Part shown: piece by piece, positions 11,627-20,483 of the stretch
Numbering within the stretch: the first letter of the stretch is position 1
Layout: the number at the start of each line of letters is the position of its first letter
Source: an uncultured delta proteobacterium
GTDB taxonomy: Bacteria; Desulfobacterota; WTBG01; CAIYCZ01; CAIRTM01
Assembly (NCBI GenBank): GCA_963804955.1
Contig: CAWDSQ010000021.1
Span: 1 to 36,634, forward strand
DNA length: 36,634 nt
Reading direction: 5' to 3'
Made by a program: the position numbers and the translations under genes
Notes under the pieces: model-generated
The model's database searches: none
Told to the model about the DNA's origin: nothing
What the model saw: only the letters and a program-made list of their open reading frames with translations

Positions 11627-11778
11627 TAGAGCATTTATCTAAAACATGTAGCCGTTTTTAGTTGTCTGTCATCTCGACCGAAGGGAGAGATCTTAGGCAT
11701 TGCCGCAGCATAAAAGGCTAAGATTTCTCGCTACGCCCGAAATGGCAAAAAGGGTACAGTATTTTGTTAAATGCTCTA
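11627..11778. mobile_element. MITE-like element with TAGAGCATTTA termini enclosing a GTCATCTCGAC repeat
   Basis: tagagcattta (11627-11637) / taaatgctcta (11768-11778), with imperfect complementarity extending about 30 bp; internal tgtcatctcgaccgaagggagagatct...agatttctcgctacgcccgaaatggca (11667-11747). Confidence 0.72.
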
Positions 11779-11818
11779 GTATGGAATTTGCTGGAGAGCC
11801 CCAAAGGGGACTGGCTGC

Positions 11819-12955
11819 CTACATTTTATTCAGGTGCAGTATGCGCGCGCCGTCAAATCCGTTAAATTTCGTCGACGAGGCTATGCTGTAGGCGCCGATA
11901 TTGAGGGTGTAGAGATAGTCGCCTATTTTCAGGTCGCCGGGCAGCTCTTCGGCCAGGCTTATTTTGTCGAAGCTGTCGCAGGTGGGCCCCACCACGGCGC
12001 AGATTTCGGGTTTGCCTTTTTTGAACGCGTGGAAGTTGGGTATCCAGTGGTCATACACCACGCCGGAGAAGGTGTGGTAGACGCCGTCATTTATATGGTA
12101 GAAAACCTTGCCGTCGCGCTTTGCCTTGCCGATGATCTCCGACACAAGCGTTGCGGCATTGGCCACCATGAACCGGCCCGGCTCGGCTATCAGCTCGACA
12201 TCAGATGGAAAATGCCGTGAGCATTCGGCATTGATGATGCGGGCGAGCCTCTCCAGCTTTGGCACGTCTGCGTCATACGCCACGGGAAATCCGCCGCCTA
12301 TATCGACGATCTTCAAGGGATAACCCAGTTTCCTTGCATCATTAAATATGGCCGCGGCAATTTCAAGCGCCGCCGTATAATTGTCGAAATTGGTGCACTG
12401 GCTGCCCACGTGAAAGCTTAATCCCTCCACCACGAGCCCCGCGTCGAAGGACTGCTTGATCAGGCTTATTGCCTCGCCCGGCTCGATGCCGAATTTCGAG
12501 CTCATCTCGACCTGTGAGCCTATGTCGGGCACTTTCAGCCGCAGCACAAGGCCGGCCGTGGGGCAATGCTCCCGGATCTTTTTCAGCTCTTCTTTGTTGT
12601 CGTAGGTAACCAGGGGCCGGTATTTTTTTATTTTCTGCAGGGTCTGCCGGTCCTTGATGGTGTTGGAAAAAATAATCTTGTCCCAGATGTAAAAATCCTT
12701 GGCCTTGGGATCGAAGTGCCTGATGTACTTATAGACCTGCATGAACTCGTTATACGATGCCACGTCGAAGCTGGCGCCCTCGTCAAACAGGGTCTTGATG
12801 ATCTCCTGGTTCGAATTGGCCTTGACCGCATAATAGGCCTGCACCCGCGGCAGATGCTTTTTGAACAGGCGGTAGTTCTTCCGTATCGTATCGTGATCGA
12901 TGATGAACAGGGGAGTGCCGTGCTCGTCAGCCAGTTTTCGCAAATTTTTTTTCAT
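11819..12955 (-). CDS. Alanine-racemase-fold (group IV) PLP decarboxylase, probable ornithine (lysine/ornithine) decarboxylase
   Basis: YYAVKAN PLP lysine, SKFG, SFHVGSQC, DIGGGF, AEPGRF, DGVY, GPTCDSFD, GAY and FNGF. Confidence 0.9.
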   Translation of the reverse strand: MKKNLRKLADEHGTPLFIIDHDTIRKNYRLFKKHLPRVQAYYAVKANSNQEIIKTLFDEGASFDVASYNEFMQVYKYIRHFDPKAKDFYIWDKIIFSNTIKDRQTLQKIKKYRPLVTYDNKEELKKIREHCPTAGLVLRLKVPDIGSQVEMSSKFGIEPGEAISLIKQSFDAGLVVEGLSFHVGSQCTNFDNYTAALEIAAAIFNDARKLGYPLKIVDIGGGFPVAYDADVPKLERLARIINAECSRHFPSDVELIAEPGRFMVANAATLVSEIIGKAKRDGKVFYHINDGVYHTFSGVVYDHWIPNFHAFKKGKPEICAVVGPTCDSFDKISLAEELPGDLKIGDYLYTLNIGAYSIASSTKFNGFDGARILHLNKM

Positions 12956-12997
12956 AGTAGTTTTACAAATACAGCTTTTACCACAATAGCAAACACC

Positions 12998-13023
12998 GGG
13001 CAGACACGCGGGTCTGCCCCTAC
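12998..13023. repeat. GTAG-type REP hairpin (GGGCAGAC-n6-GTCTGCCC-CTAC)
   Basis: Perfect 8-bp stem followed by CTAC. Confidence 0.65.
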
Positions 13024-13044
13024 GTGTACAACCTGTTTTTAGCC

Positions 13045-13107
13045 TTGAACCTTAAACTTTGAACTTTTTACTCCAAACTCCGAACTCATAACTCTGAACT
13101 TTTTAAC
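13045..13107. repeat. Degenerate heptamer tandem array (TTGAACY / CTCNRAA)
   Basis: ttgaacc-ttaaact-ttgaact ... ctccaaa-ctccgaa-ctcataa-ctctgaa. Confidence 0.6.
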
Positions 13108-13118
13108 GCTATTATCCC

Positions 13119-14306
13119 TTATGCCTCCAGCTTCGCAATAAGGCCCTTGAGCTTTTTAATCTCCTTGTTGTTTGCCAGATACGACTCGGTGAGCTTGCGC
13201 CGCAGCTCCGGGCCGCGGTCATACAGCCGCCGGAGCTTTTTCGGCTTTGTCGTCTGTATGGTATAGGCCGTCATAAGCGGCAGGGCCATTGTTACGTCCA
13301 GATAGGCCGTGACCGTTTCATCCAGCTTGGTCGGGTCGATTTTACCCCAGCTTGCCGCTTCCGAGGGCGGCGCGCCGGACAGGCCGCCCGTGTCGGGCCG
13401 CGCGTCGGTTATATTGATATCGTAGTCCTGCCCGACTTCCGGTATCATGAGCACTTCCTGTATCTGCGGCTCGGTCTGGAGCATGAAGTTTTTCGGGCTG
13501 CCGCCGCCGATAAGGATAACGCCGGTCTTGCCCTTTTCATAATTTTTGGCATTGAGCACGATGGCTGTCGAGTCATTGACATCGATACTGGGGTTGATTT
13601 TGAGCTTGAACTTGTCCAGCATGCCCATGGCCTCTGCCAGCAGCTCGACACCGGCCACATTCATGCCGATGGTGGAGTCACCCGGCGACGAGGTAAAAAC
13701 CGGTATGCCGTTGCGGTAGGCCGCGGCCAGAATGCTCACAGGCCCGAGCCTGTTGGCTTTTTCGTACTGGTCGAGCATTTTGCCGAGCAGGTGATAAAAT
13801 TCACGGGTGCCCATTTCTTTCTGAAATTCAGGGCGGACCAGAATTTCCCGCAGCTTGCGGTCGGTTTCCATGAGCACATCTTCATAGTCAAACAGAATAT
13901 CGTAGATGCGCGTAACGCCCTTGTGCCGCAGGTCGGCATCATCCACCGTGTGGCTGCCCCGGAACATGGGCAGATTGAGGGCAAAATGCATATCGTGATA
14001 CATATTCGCGCCCGTGGCCGTTATCCAGTCGACAAAGCCGTGGTTCATGAGGGGTATGATGGCTGAAGGGCCCAGGCCCGCGGGCGTCAGGGCGCCGGCA
14101 AGGCTCAGGCCGATGGTGACATCTTTTTTTGAGTAGCGGTCTCGCAACAGATGGCAGGCCGCCCGGAGGCGGCCGCCGTTATAGGCATCCAGGTTATCGA
14201 TAAGGGAGACTATGCTCGTATCTTTTGAAATAGCCTTGGGCATGATGCGCTTGCCAGACAGATACCGCGCCTTGCCCGGGCAACAGGGTGATTTTTGTTT
14301 TTTCAT
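13119..14306 (-). CDS. Deoxyhypusine-synthase-like protein, probable homospermidine biosynthesis protein (SpeY-like)
   Basis: LAGALTPAGL, TGANMYHD, SPGDSTIG, GGGSPKNF, DTGGLSGA and catalytic Lys in SWGK. Confidence 0.88.
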   Translation of the reverse strand: MKKQKSPCCPGKARYLSGKRIMPKAISKDTSIVSLIDNLDAYNGGRLRAACHLLRDRYSKKDVTIGLSLAGALTPAGLGPSAIIPLMNHGFVDWITATGANMYHDMHFALNLPMFRGSHTVDDADLRHKGVTRIYDILFDYEDVLMETDRKLREILVRPEFQKEMGTREFYHLLGKMLDQYEKANRLGPVSILAAAYRNGIPVFTSSPGDSTIGMNVAGVELLAEAMGMLDKFKLKINPSIDVNDSTAIVLNAKNYEKGKTGVILIGGGSPKNFMLQTEPQIQEVLMIPEVGQDYDINITDARPDTGGLSGAPPSEAASWGKIDPTKLDETVTAYLDVTMALPLMTAYTIQTTKPKKLRRLYDRGPELRRKLTESYLANNKEIKKLKGLIAKLEA

Positions 14307-14367
14307 AATGCTCTGCTTTCTATGAAGTTTGGCTTTACAGCTTGTTTAAGCTCTTTGAGAAAAGAAG

Positions 14368-14500
14368 CCTGAATTCAGTAGTAGAATTCAGAATAGAAGA
14401 CAAAGAAGTTGCAAGGAGTTTAATTGTTTCTTCCAGACAATCAGCTATTGAAACGCTTATGCTGTTTTTTTATGCTGACTTCTGGATTCTGACTTCTAGT
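14368..14500. repeat. Inverted pair of degenerate heptamer arrays, similar to 144-259
   Basis: ctgaattcagtagtagaattcagaa ... gctgacttctggattctgacttctag. Confidence 0.5.
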
Positions 14501-14701
14501 TTTTATGCTTCTGCTAATGGCATATTACAGCATAGGGGCCAGTGGGAAGTCAAGCAAAGACATATACCGGCGGGCAGCGCCGGTTTCAAGGCGAAGCTTT
14601 CGTGCAAACAGGAGCTTGTTTTTAACCGTTTTTTTTATTACCATAGCTCCTGTCAGCTCCACGCCCACAGCCGTTTTACAACCAGACAGGGAGGTACTGC
14701 C

Positions 14702-15199
14702 ATGAAGGAGCATCTTGTCGGCATCATAGCAGACACGCATGACAACAGGCCCGCTATTCGTAAGGCGGTTGATGTGTTCAACCGGCGCGGTGTTGGCCTG
14801 GTTGTGCATGCCGGCGATATGATATCGCCGTTTACCATCCTTGATTTCAAAAAGCTGCGCTGCCCCATGGAAATCGTTTTCGGCAATAATGACGGCGAGC
14901 GCGTGGGCCTGGCTGCCGCCTTCAGGGAAAACGCAAAACTGCTGCCGGGCCCGCGAGAGTTCACGTTCGGGGGAAGGCGCTTTCTGCTCATGCATGAAGA
15001 CGGCTGCGTTGCAGCTGCGGCCCAGTCGGATGCGGTGGATATCATCGTATACGGCCATACCCATGACATTGATGTGCGCCAGGGGCCGCCTCTTGTCATA
15101 AACCCGGGCGAGGCCGGCGGATGGCTGCGGGACAGATCGACGGTTGCAATTGTGGATCTGCTATCGCTTGAGGTGGAAATTATCGATCTGGCCGAGTGA
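14702..15199 (+). CDS. Metallophosphoesterase, MJ0936/YfcE family
   Basis: ADTHDN, HAGD, GNND, MH, YGHTH and NPG motifs; GGAGG RBS before ATG 14702. Confidence 0.9.
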   Translation: MKEHLVGIIADTHDNRPAIRKAVDVFNRRGVGLVVHAGDMISPFTILDFKKLRCPMEIVFGNNDGERVGLAAAFRENAKLLPGPREFTFGGRRFLLMHEDGCVAAAAQSDAVDIIVYGHTHDIDVRQGPPLVINPGEAGGWLRDRSTVAIVDLLSLEVEIIDLAE

Positions 15200-15269
15200 A
15201 GCTCTGCGCGCGTTACAGGATGTTTTTATAGCGGACCACACCGCCTGTGCGGGCACATCTGCAGCAGGT

Positions 15270-15827
15270 TTATAAACCTGCTTTTTCAAGCCATACAAAA
15301 AGTCCCAGCACCAGCACTTCAATGACAATAATAACTCTCCACGGGCACACATTGAATAGTTCCGGAAGAGTTTTGTCGCCAAAGGAGCCTTTGTTTAAAA
15401 TGGATTTTTCGAGCCGCGGATACCAGGCGGCAAAAAGACCTGATCCCGCAAGCATGCCCAGTATGCCGCCAAAAAGAGCATCGAGCCTTCCATGCGCAGC
15501 GGCAGCCACCACCGTGCCGGGGCAGTAGCCAAGCAGCGCAAACCCAACACCGAAAATAAGGCCGCCGACAAGGGTCGAACCAACAGAGCCGGGCTTGGGA
15601 TGCAGCTGCGCAAGGCCGTACTGCCGCAACAGATGCACGCCAATCATGCCGGTGAGCATGGCAGAGAGCATGATTTTCACCACGGTGAAATCCTTAAAGA
15701 GCAGCTGGTTCACGATTACGTCAAAGTTCGTCACCCCGCCGCGCTGCAGGGCAAAGCCGAAGCCAATGCCGATGGCAAAGCCAATGACGAGCTGGATACT
15801 TTTATTTGAGTGGACAGCAATAAACAT
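15270..15827 (-). CDS. YeeE/YedE family sulfur-compound transporter subunit
   Basis: GIGFGFALQRGG, GGLIFGVGFALLGYCPGT. Confidence 0.88.
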   Translation of the reverse strand: MFIAVHSNKSIQLVIGFAIGIGFGFALQRGGVTNFDVIVNQLLFKDFTVVKIMLSAMLTGMIGVHLLRQYGLAQLHPKPGSVGSTLVGGLIFGVGFALLGYCPGTVVAAAAHGRLDALFGGILGMLAGSGLFAAWYPRLEKSILNKGSFGDKTLPELFNVCPWRVIIVIEVLVLGLFVWLEKAGL

Positions 15828-15913
15828 TTAGTCCATTCATGAAATCATTGCAGGAGCGGCTTTCAGCCACGAAAAAACTCGAGCGTAAAGTCGGTCCGAC
15901 AGCACCCCGACCA

Positions 15914-16420
15914 TCAATACAACAGCATCGCCGTTGCGATCCCGCCCGCAAAGAAGCAGGCTGCGGCAAGCCAGCTGCTTGCGGCAAGCTGCATGGTACC
16001 GCTGATGCCGTGACCGCTGGTGCAGCCGCCGGCCCACCGCGCGCCAAGGCCAACGAGTATGCCGCCGGCGCAGGCGGCTAAAAAGCGCAGCACGGCGCTG
16101 CTGCCGAAGGTCTTTGCCCACAGATCAGGAACAAATACCGCCTGGAGGCTCCCCGACAGCCATGCCGCTGCAAATGCCCCAACGGCCACGCCTGCCACAA
16201 GCATCCACTCCCAGTCGATTTCGGGCGTGAATTTTTTATAATAGGGTTTTTGAGTTACCGGTTTGCCGCGCACCAGTTTTTCAAGCATGCCGCTTGAGCG
16301 GGAAAATGCGGTGGAACAGCCGATAAATTTGTCGGATACGACAATGGCGATACAGTTAAGCACCCCGATGATTATGCCAACGGCATAGGGCGACCAGGTT
16401 TGTTCGGTTAAGAAGTCCAT
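15914..16420 (-). CDS. YeeE/YedE family sulfur-compound transporter subunit
   Basis: WSPYAVG, IGCSTAF, GARWAGGCTSGHGISG. Confidence 0.88.
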   Translation of the reverse strand: MDFLTEQTWSPYAVGIIIGVLNCIAIVVSDKFIGCSTAFSRSSGMLEKLVRGKPVTQKPYYKKFTPEIDWEWMLVAGVAVGAFAAAWLSGSLQAVFVPDLWAKTFGSSAVLRFLAACAGGILVGLGARWAGGCTSGHGISGTMQLAASSWLAAACFFAGGIATAMLLY

Positions 16421-16514
16421 GAATGGCTTTCATGATGATATGCATGATGTCCGCCGTGAGGAATTCCCCTGCCTTGGCCACGACGATCTAACACGCGCAG
16501 TTTTAAGGTAATGT

Positions 16515-17924
16515 TTACACCCGCGGGCCGTGCAGCTGAGTGCACACTGCGCAGGCGCCGGCAAACCCTGCTGCGCTGTAGGCGGTCATGCCGCCTGCCG
16601 CATTGAGCACATATTTGAAGCCCCGCTGTTTCAGCAGGCTCGTCCCCATGCTTGACCTGTGGCCCGTATTACACATGACCACGGCCGGGAGAGACGTTTC
16701 AATCTCCCTGAACCGCGCCCTGAGATCGGGCATGGGAATATTGACAGCACCGTCGATATGGCCGGCTTCAAACTCGCGGGGCGTGCGCACATCCACAAGC
16801 GTAAACCGCTCGCTGCGCTGCATCTGAGAGTGCAGCTGCTGCACAGACAGCTGCGGCACCGTGTCGAAGGCAAGCCCCGTTTTGGACCATTCATAGATAC
16901 CGCCGTCAAGAAAGCCGGTTATGCGGTCATGGCCCACACGGCGCAGAAGCACAACGGCATCTGCTGCCTGTTGCGGGTTTTCGGTTACGAGCAGCAGCTG
17001 CATGCCGGGCGGCAGAATCCAGCCGGCAAAGGTCGAAAAATTGCTGCCAAAGTCGATGTGATAGGAGCCCGGAACATGCCCGCCGCCGAAGGCAGCCGTG
17101 GGGCGGCAGTCAAGCACGATGGTGTTTTTCTGCTGCATGCGTTTTTTGAACTCAGCAGGCTCAAGGGCTTTGAGAAGCGGCAGTTTATCAACAGGGACCG
17201 GGCCCTTGCCGTTTACGGCACTGCAGCGGCTGAAGTGATCTGGCGCAGGCGGCATATTGGTGGTAAGAGTTTCGACGAATTTCTTTTTGTCTTTTATCTT
17301 CAGAGCCCCGTTGTATTTCTTTTCATACCCGATAGTGGAAGTGCGCATGGCGCCCATGGCCCTGCCGCACAGCGAACCCGCTCCATGGGCCGGGTAGACT
17401 GCGCAAAATGACGGCAGGATGAGAAGCTTTTTGTGCAGGCTGTCATAGAGCTTGGCAGCAAGGCTTTCGGCAATGCCGGGAAATAGATCAGGCCTTCCCA
17501 CATCGCCGACAAAAAGCGTATCGCCGCAGAAAACCGCTGCCGGGTCGCTGCCCCGCGAGCGGTCAATGACCACATAGGAAACATGCTCAGGCGTATGGCC
17601 GGGCGTTTCAAGCACCCCGATTGTCATATCCTCAATGTCGAAGGTGTCACCCTCGGCCACGGCAACATGCTTGAACGCGCACTTGCCGGCCTTGGGCGCA
17701 TAAATGACCGCGCCGGTTTGCGCCGCAAGATCAATATGACCCGAAATAAAATCGGCATGCAGATGGGTTTCAAGAATATGGGTTATTTTCATCCCCATGG
17801 CGCGGGCAGCGTGGATATACACGTCGATATCGCGCCGCGGGTCGATAATGGCACAGGTTGTTGTGCCGCCCAGAAGATAGGAGCTGTGTGCGAGGCCTTT
17901 GACGAAAAATTGATGCACAAACAT
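16515..17924 (-). CDS. MBL-fold persulfide-dioxygenase-like domain fused to two rhodanese domains (CstB-like architecture)
   Basis: ETHLHADFISG, TPGHTPEH, GDTLFVGDVGRPDL, PAHGAGSLCG; first rhodanese repeat lacks the active Cys, second has CNTGHR. Confidence 0.88.
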   Translation of the reverse strand: MFVHQFFVKGLAHSSYLLGGTTTCAIIDPRRDIDVYIHAARAMGMKITHILETHLHADFISGHIDLAAQTGAVIYAPKAGKCAFKHVAVAEGDTFDIEDMTIGVLETPGHTPEHVSYVVIDRSRGSDPAAVFCGDTLFVGDVGRPDLFPGIAESLAAKLYDSLHKKLLILPSFCAVYPAHGAGSLCGRAMGAMRTSTIGYEKKYNGALKIKDKKKFVETLTTNMPPAPDHFSRCSAVNGKGPVPVDKLPLLKALEPAEFKKRMQQKNTIVLDCRPTAAFGGGHVPGSYHIDFGSNFSTFAGWILPPGMQLLLVTENPQQAADAVVLLRRVGHDRITGFLDGGIYEWSKTGLAFDTVPQLSVQQLHSQMQRSERFTLVDVRTPREFEAGHIDGAVNIPMPDLRARFREIETSLPAVVMCNTGHRSSMGTSLLKQRGFKYVLNAAGGMTAYSAAGFAGACAVCTQLHGPRV

Positions 17925-18075
17925 GGCTTATCCCTCCCTTATATAACCATAGTATAGCACTTTTAGCACTTAGCTATTCTTTTTTAAAGGGTTTTTCCTC
18001 GCCATCATGTGGTGGATTTGTCCGCCTTTTGACATGTCATTCACCCTGCGGCAGCCTGACGATTTGTAACGGTAT

Positions 18076-18108
18076 AAAAAAACGGGCTTTCGCACCATGC
18101 GAAAGCCC
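18076..18108 (-). terminator. Rho-independent terminator after the purO-purH pair
   Basis: gggctttcgca-cca-tgcgaaagccc stem preceded by an A run (U tract on the minus strand). Confidence 0.7.
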
Positions 18109-18130
18109 TCCGGTTATTCAAAAAATTTTT

Positions 18131-18255
18131 GAGGTTGTTCAAAAATGCTCAGATGCAAGGCGCGCAAGACCGAAGGAATGAGGCGTACTGTTTTGTACGC
18201 CGCAGTGACTGAGGTTGCAGCGCAACGCAGCAAATGGGCGTTTTTCAACAACCTC
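18131..18255. mobile_element. 125-bp MITE with GAGGTTGTTSAAAAA termini
   Basis: gaggttgttcaaaaa / tttttcaacaacctc (14/15); internal ggcgtac-n-gtacgcc hairpin; right end overlaps the purH stop codon. Confidence 0.78.
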
Positions 18256-19409
18256 TAAATATGCAGAAAGCACCTCTCCAGGGTCGCCATCAGGGCAATA
18301 CTGTGATCATTGGCCGCCTGAATGACCGCGGCATCGTTCATGGAGCCTGCGGGCCACACCACGGCTGTGACGCCCTGGGCCGCAATCGTATCGATTGAGT
18401 CGCGCTGCGGGAAAAAAGCATCGGAAGACATGACCGAGCCTTTGAGCGAGTGGCCTTTTTTGAGGGCCTTGTCAATGGCCTGCTCCACAGCGCCCACGCG
18501 CTCCTGCTCGCCCGTGCCTACGGCGATTGCAGCGCCGTCTTTCACAAAAACGATGCCGTTTGAGCGAACATTGATATTAAGATACCAGGCCGTCAGGCAG
18601 TCATCCAGCTCAGCTGCCGTGGGCTGGCGCTGCACGCTGTAGTTCTGTCCATTGTTCTTTGCCGGATCGGTGTTGGGAATCATGGGATCGGAGATGAAAT
18701 CGGCAGCCGAACGAATGCGCGTGAGATAGGGAATCTCGAAGGTAATGGTGCCGTCGGCGAGGTTGCGGATATTGAAATAGCCGGCCACATCGTCACCGAT
18801 ATATTTGGGAACGCTGCCCATGTTGGCGGCCTTTGCAACGCGGATGGCATTATTGAGCTTCTTGGTGCCTTCAGTGCGCCGCAGCACGGCAAGGGCATCC
18901 TCGTCATAATCAGGGGCGATGACGCCCTCGATAAAACTTTCCATGATGGCCTCTGCGGTTGCCGCGTCGACTTTTACGTTAAAACCGATGATGCCCCCGA
19001 AAGCGCTGCGCTCATCGCAGCTGCGGGCGATGCGGTAAATTTCGGCAAGGGACTCGCCTTTGGTCTGCACCTTGAACCCGCAGGGGTTGATATGCTTCAT
19101 AATGGTGCAGGCAGGACGGTCAAAGTATTTCAGGATATTGACAGCCTGACTCATGTCCTGCAGGTTGGTGAGCGACAGACCTGCCTTGCCGCCCTTGAGC
19201 ATGTCGAGGTTCCCCACCGACAGGGGCTGTGCGCCAGCAGGTGCAAAAGCAGCAAAGGGCTGATGCGGGTTGGTGCCGTAGCGAAGCGCAATGTCAAGGG
19301 CTTTCAGTTTAATGGTCTTGTCACCAAGTATGATCGTTGCCTCCTGCGGGAAATCGCTGGCAATGGCTGTTTTGTATACGTTTTTGAAATCTGATACATC
19401 GGTTGCCAT
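18255..19409 (-). CDS. purH: PurH-family AICAR transformylase lacking the N-terminal IMP-cyclohydrolase (MGS-like) domain
   Basis: LRYGTNPHQ begins at residue ~42; MKHINPCG, SAFGG, RSNGIV, SSDAFFP, ERCFLH; only 384 aa. Confidence 0.85.
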   Translation of the reverse strand: MATDVSDFKNVYKTAIASDFPQEATIILGDKTIKLKALDIALRYGTNPHQPFAAFAPAGAQPLSVGNLDMLKGGKAGLSLTNLQDMSQAVNILKYFDRPACTIMKHINPCGFKVQTKGESLAEIYRIARSCDERSAFGGIIGFNVKVDAATAEAIMESFIEGVIAPDYDEDALAVLRRTEGTKKLNNAIRVAKAANMGSVPKYIGDDVAGYFNIRNLADGTITFEIPYLTRIRSAADFISDPMIPNTDPAKNNGQNYSVQRQPTAAELDDCLTAWYLNINVRSNGIVFVKDGAAIAVGTGEQERVGAVEQAIDKALKKGHSLKGSVMSSDAFFPQRDSIDTIAAQGVTAVVWPAGSMNDAAVIQAANDHSIALMATLERCFLHI

Positions 19410-19456
19410 GGTGGTGCTCCTTATAACGGTAGTTGAAATATCCTGTTATCTACAGG

Positions 19457-19536
19457 TCCCCCTTTGGGAAAAAGAAATACAGGGAAATTTAAGACACATA
19501 AAATCCCTCCCGACCTCCCTTTTTAAAAGGGAGGAA
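19457..19536. repeat. Second copy of the CCCCCTTT/AAAGGG doublet repeat
   Basis: tccccctttgggaaaaagaaatacagggaaattt ... aaatccctcccgacctccctttttaaaagggagga. Confidence 0.7.
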
Positions 19537-19551
19537 CATATTTTTACAATG

Positions 19552-20262
19552 TTACTTATGCCGGTTCTTCACGCTCATGGTCACGGTGCCGTCTGCCGCC
19601 ATATAGACAGCGGCTGCTGTCACGCGGTAGTCATCGCCGCCGGCTTTGGGGCCCAGAGCCGCATACAGTCCTTCAGCCGCCTCATCTGCCGTTGCCCACG
19701 CAATATCGACCTCTTTAGGCTCGCCGGTAAATGACGGCAGGGGGTTTGCGTTTTCACCCGTATAGGTGGCAATAAGGCTGCCTTTGCCCGCAATGGCCGG
19801 CACAGTGAAGAAATTGCGGATAACCGAGCCGTCTGCCGCGCGCTTGAGAACGCTCAGGGCCGCACCTTTTGTCACACAGCCGCTGATGCGCGGCGTGAAG
19901 TTAGGGTCATCAGGCTCATATTCCCATGGGGCAAGGGACTTTAAAAGCACATCTACCGGCTCGGCCGTGGCGGCAATAAGCTTTGCCACATCACCTGTCT
20001 GCTTGCCATTGCTCACGGCAATGGCCCCTGCTTTGCAGATGACGGCAGGATACACCAGCAGATCGGGATTGCCGGTTTTGAGGGTTTCTTCATCCGTGGG
20101 CTTCACGAAGATGCCGCCTGCCTGCGTATCGATTTCAAGCCTGCGGGCCTGACTCGACGGGCTGCGGCCCGTGATGCTGTAGAGCACCACGCGCTGGCCG
20201 GCAGGGGCTGTGCCGATAATGATAATGCGTCCGGGATAGACCATGCTTTTTACGGTGTCCAT
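19552..20262 (-). CDS. PurO-type (Ntn-fold, archaeal-type) IMP cyclohydrolase-like protein
   Basis: YPGRIIIIG, YSITGRSPSSQAR, LLVY, VSNGKQT, YEPDDPNFTPRISG, TY...PLPSF.GEP. Confidence 0.85.
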   Translation of the reverse strand: MDTVKSMVYPGRIIIIGTAPAGQRVVLYSITGRSPSSQARRLEIDTQAGGIFVKPTDEETLKTGNPDLLVYPAVICKAGAIAVSNGKQTGDVAKLIAATAEPVDVLLKSLAPWEYEPDDPNFTPRISGCVTKGAALSVLKRAADGSVIRNFFTVPAIAGKGSLIATYTGENANPLPSFTGEPKEVDIAWATADEAAEGLYAALGPKAGGDDYRVTAAAVYMAADGTVTMSVKNRHK

Positions 20263-20483
20263 AGGTTGCTCCAGAGATTTTTATATGTTTTAATGAGGAG
20301 TTGCTGAGGGCTTCGCGGCCGTGACGGTCGAGCACTGCTTCGGCTTTTTTTATAAGATAAAATTATATGATTTTTGCCCGGTTGGCAATAGTTTTCTCCC
20401 GGACGGTCTCCCGTCACGAAACGGGAAAGGGCCCCATGCCGCGCATAAGGCCCTTGATTAATTACATCCCTGCGCTGATATTT

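Noticed and set aside
14342..14701. 120-aa N-terminal extension of the phosphoesterase ORF (285 aa in the track)
   Set aside because: Runs through heptamer repeats and promoter-like AT-rich DNA; the RBS and family-typical start are at 14702.
17954..17975. TAGCACTT-TTAGCACTT resembling a CIRCE half-site
   Set aside because: It is a direct repeat, with no inverted GAGTGCTAA half at 9-bp spacing.
20263..20480. Possible ZMP/ZTP riboswitch upstream of the purO-purH pair (minus strand has cgtgacggg...ccgggag...ccgggca)
   Set aside because: Lacks the GACUGGCG / CGCCUGGG pseudoknot pairing; the resemblance is superficial. An Infernal search with the Rfam ZMP-ZTP model would settle it.
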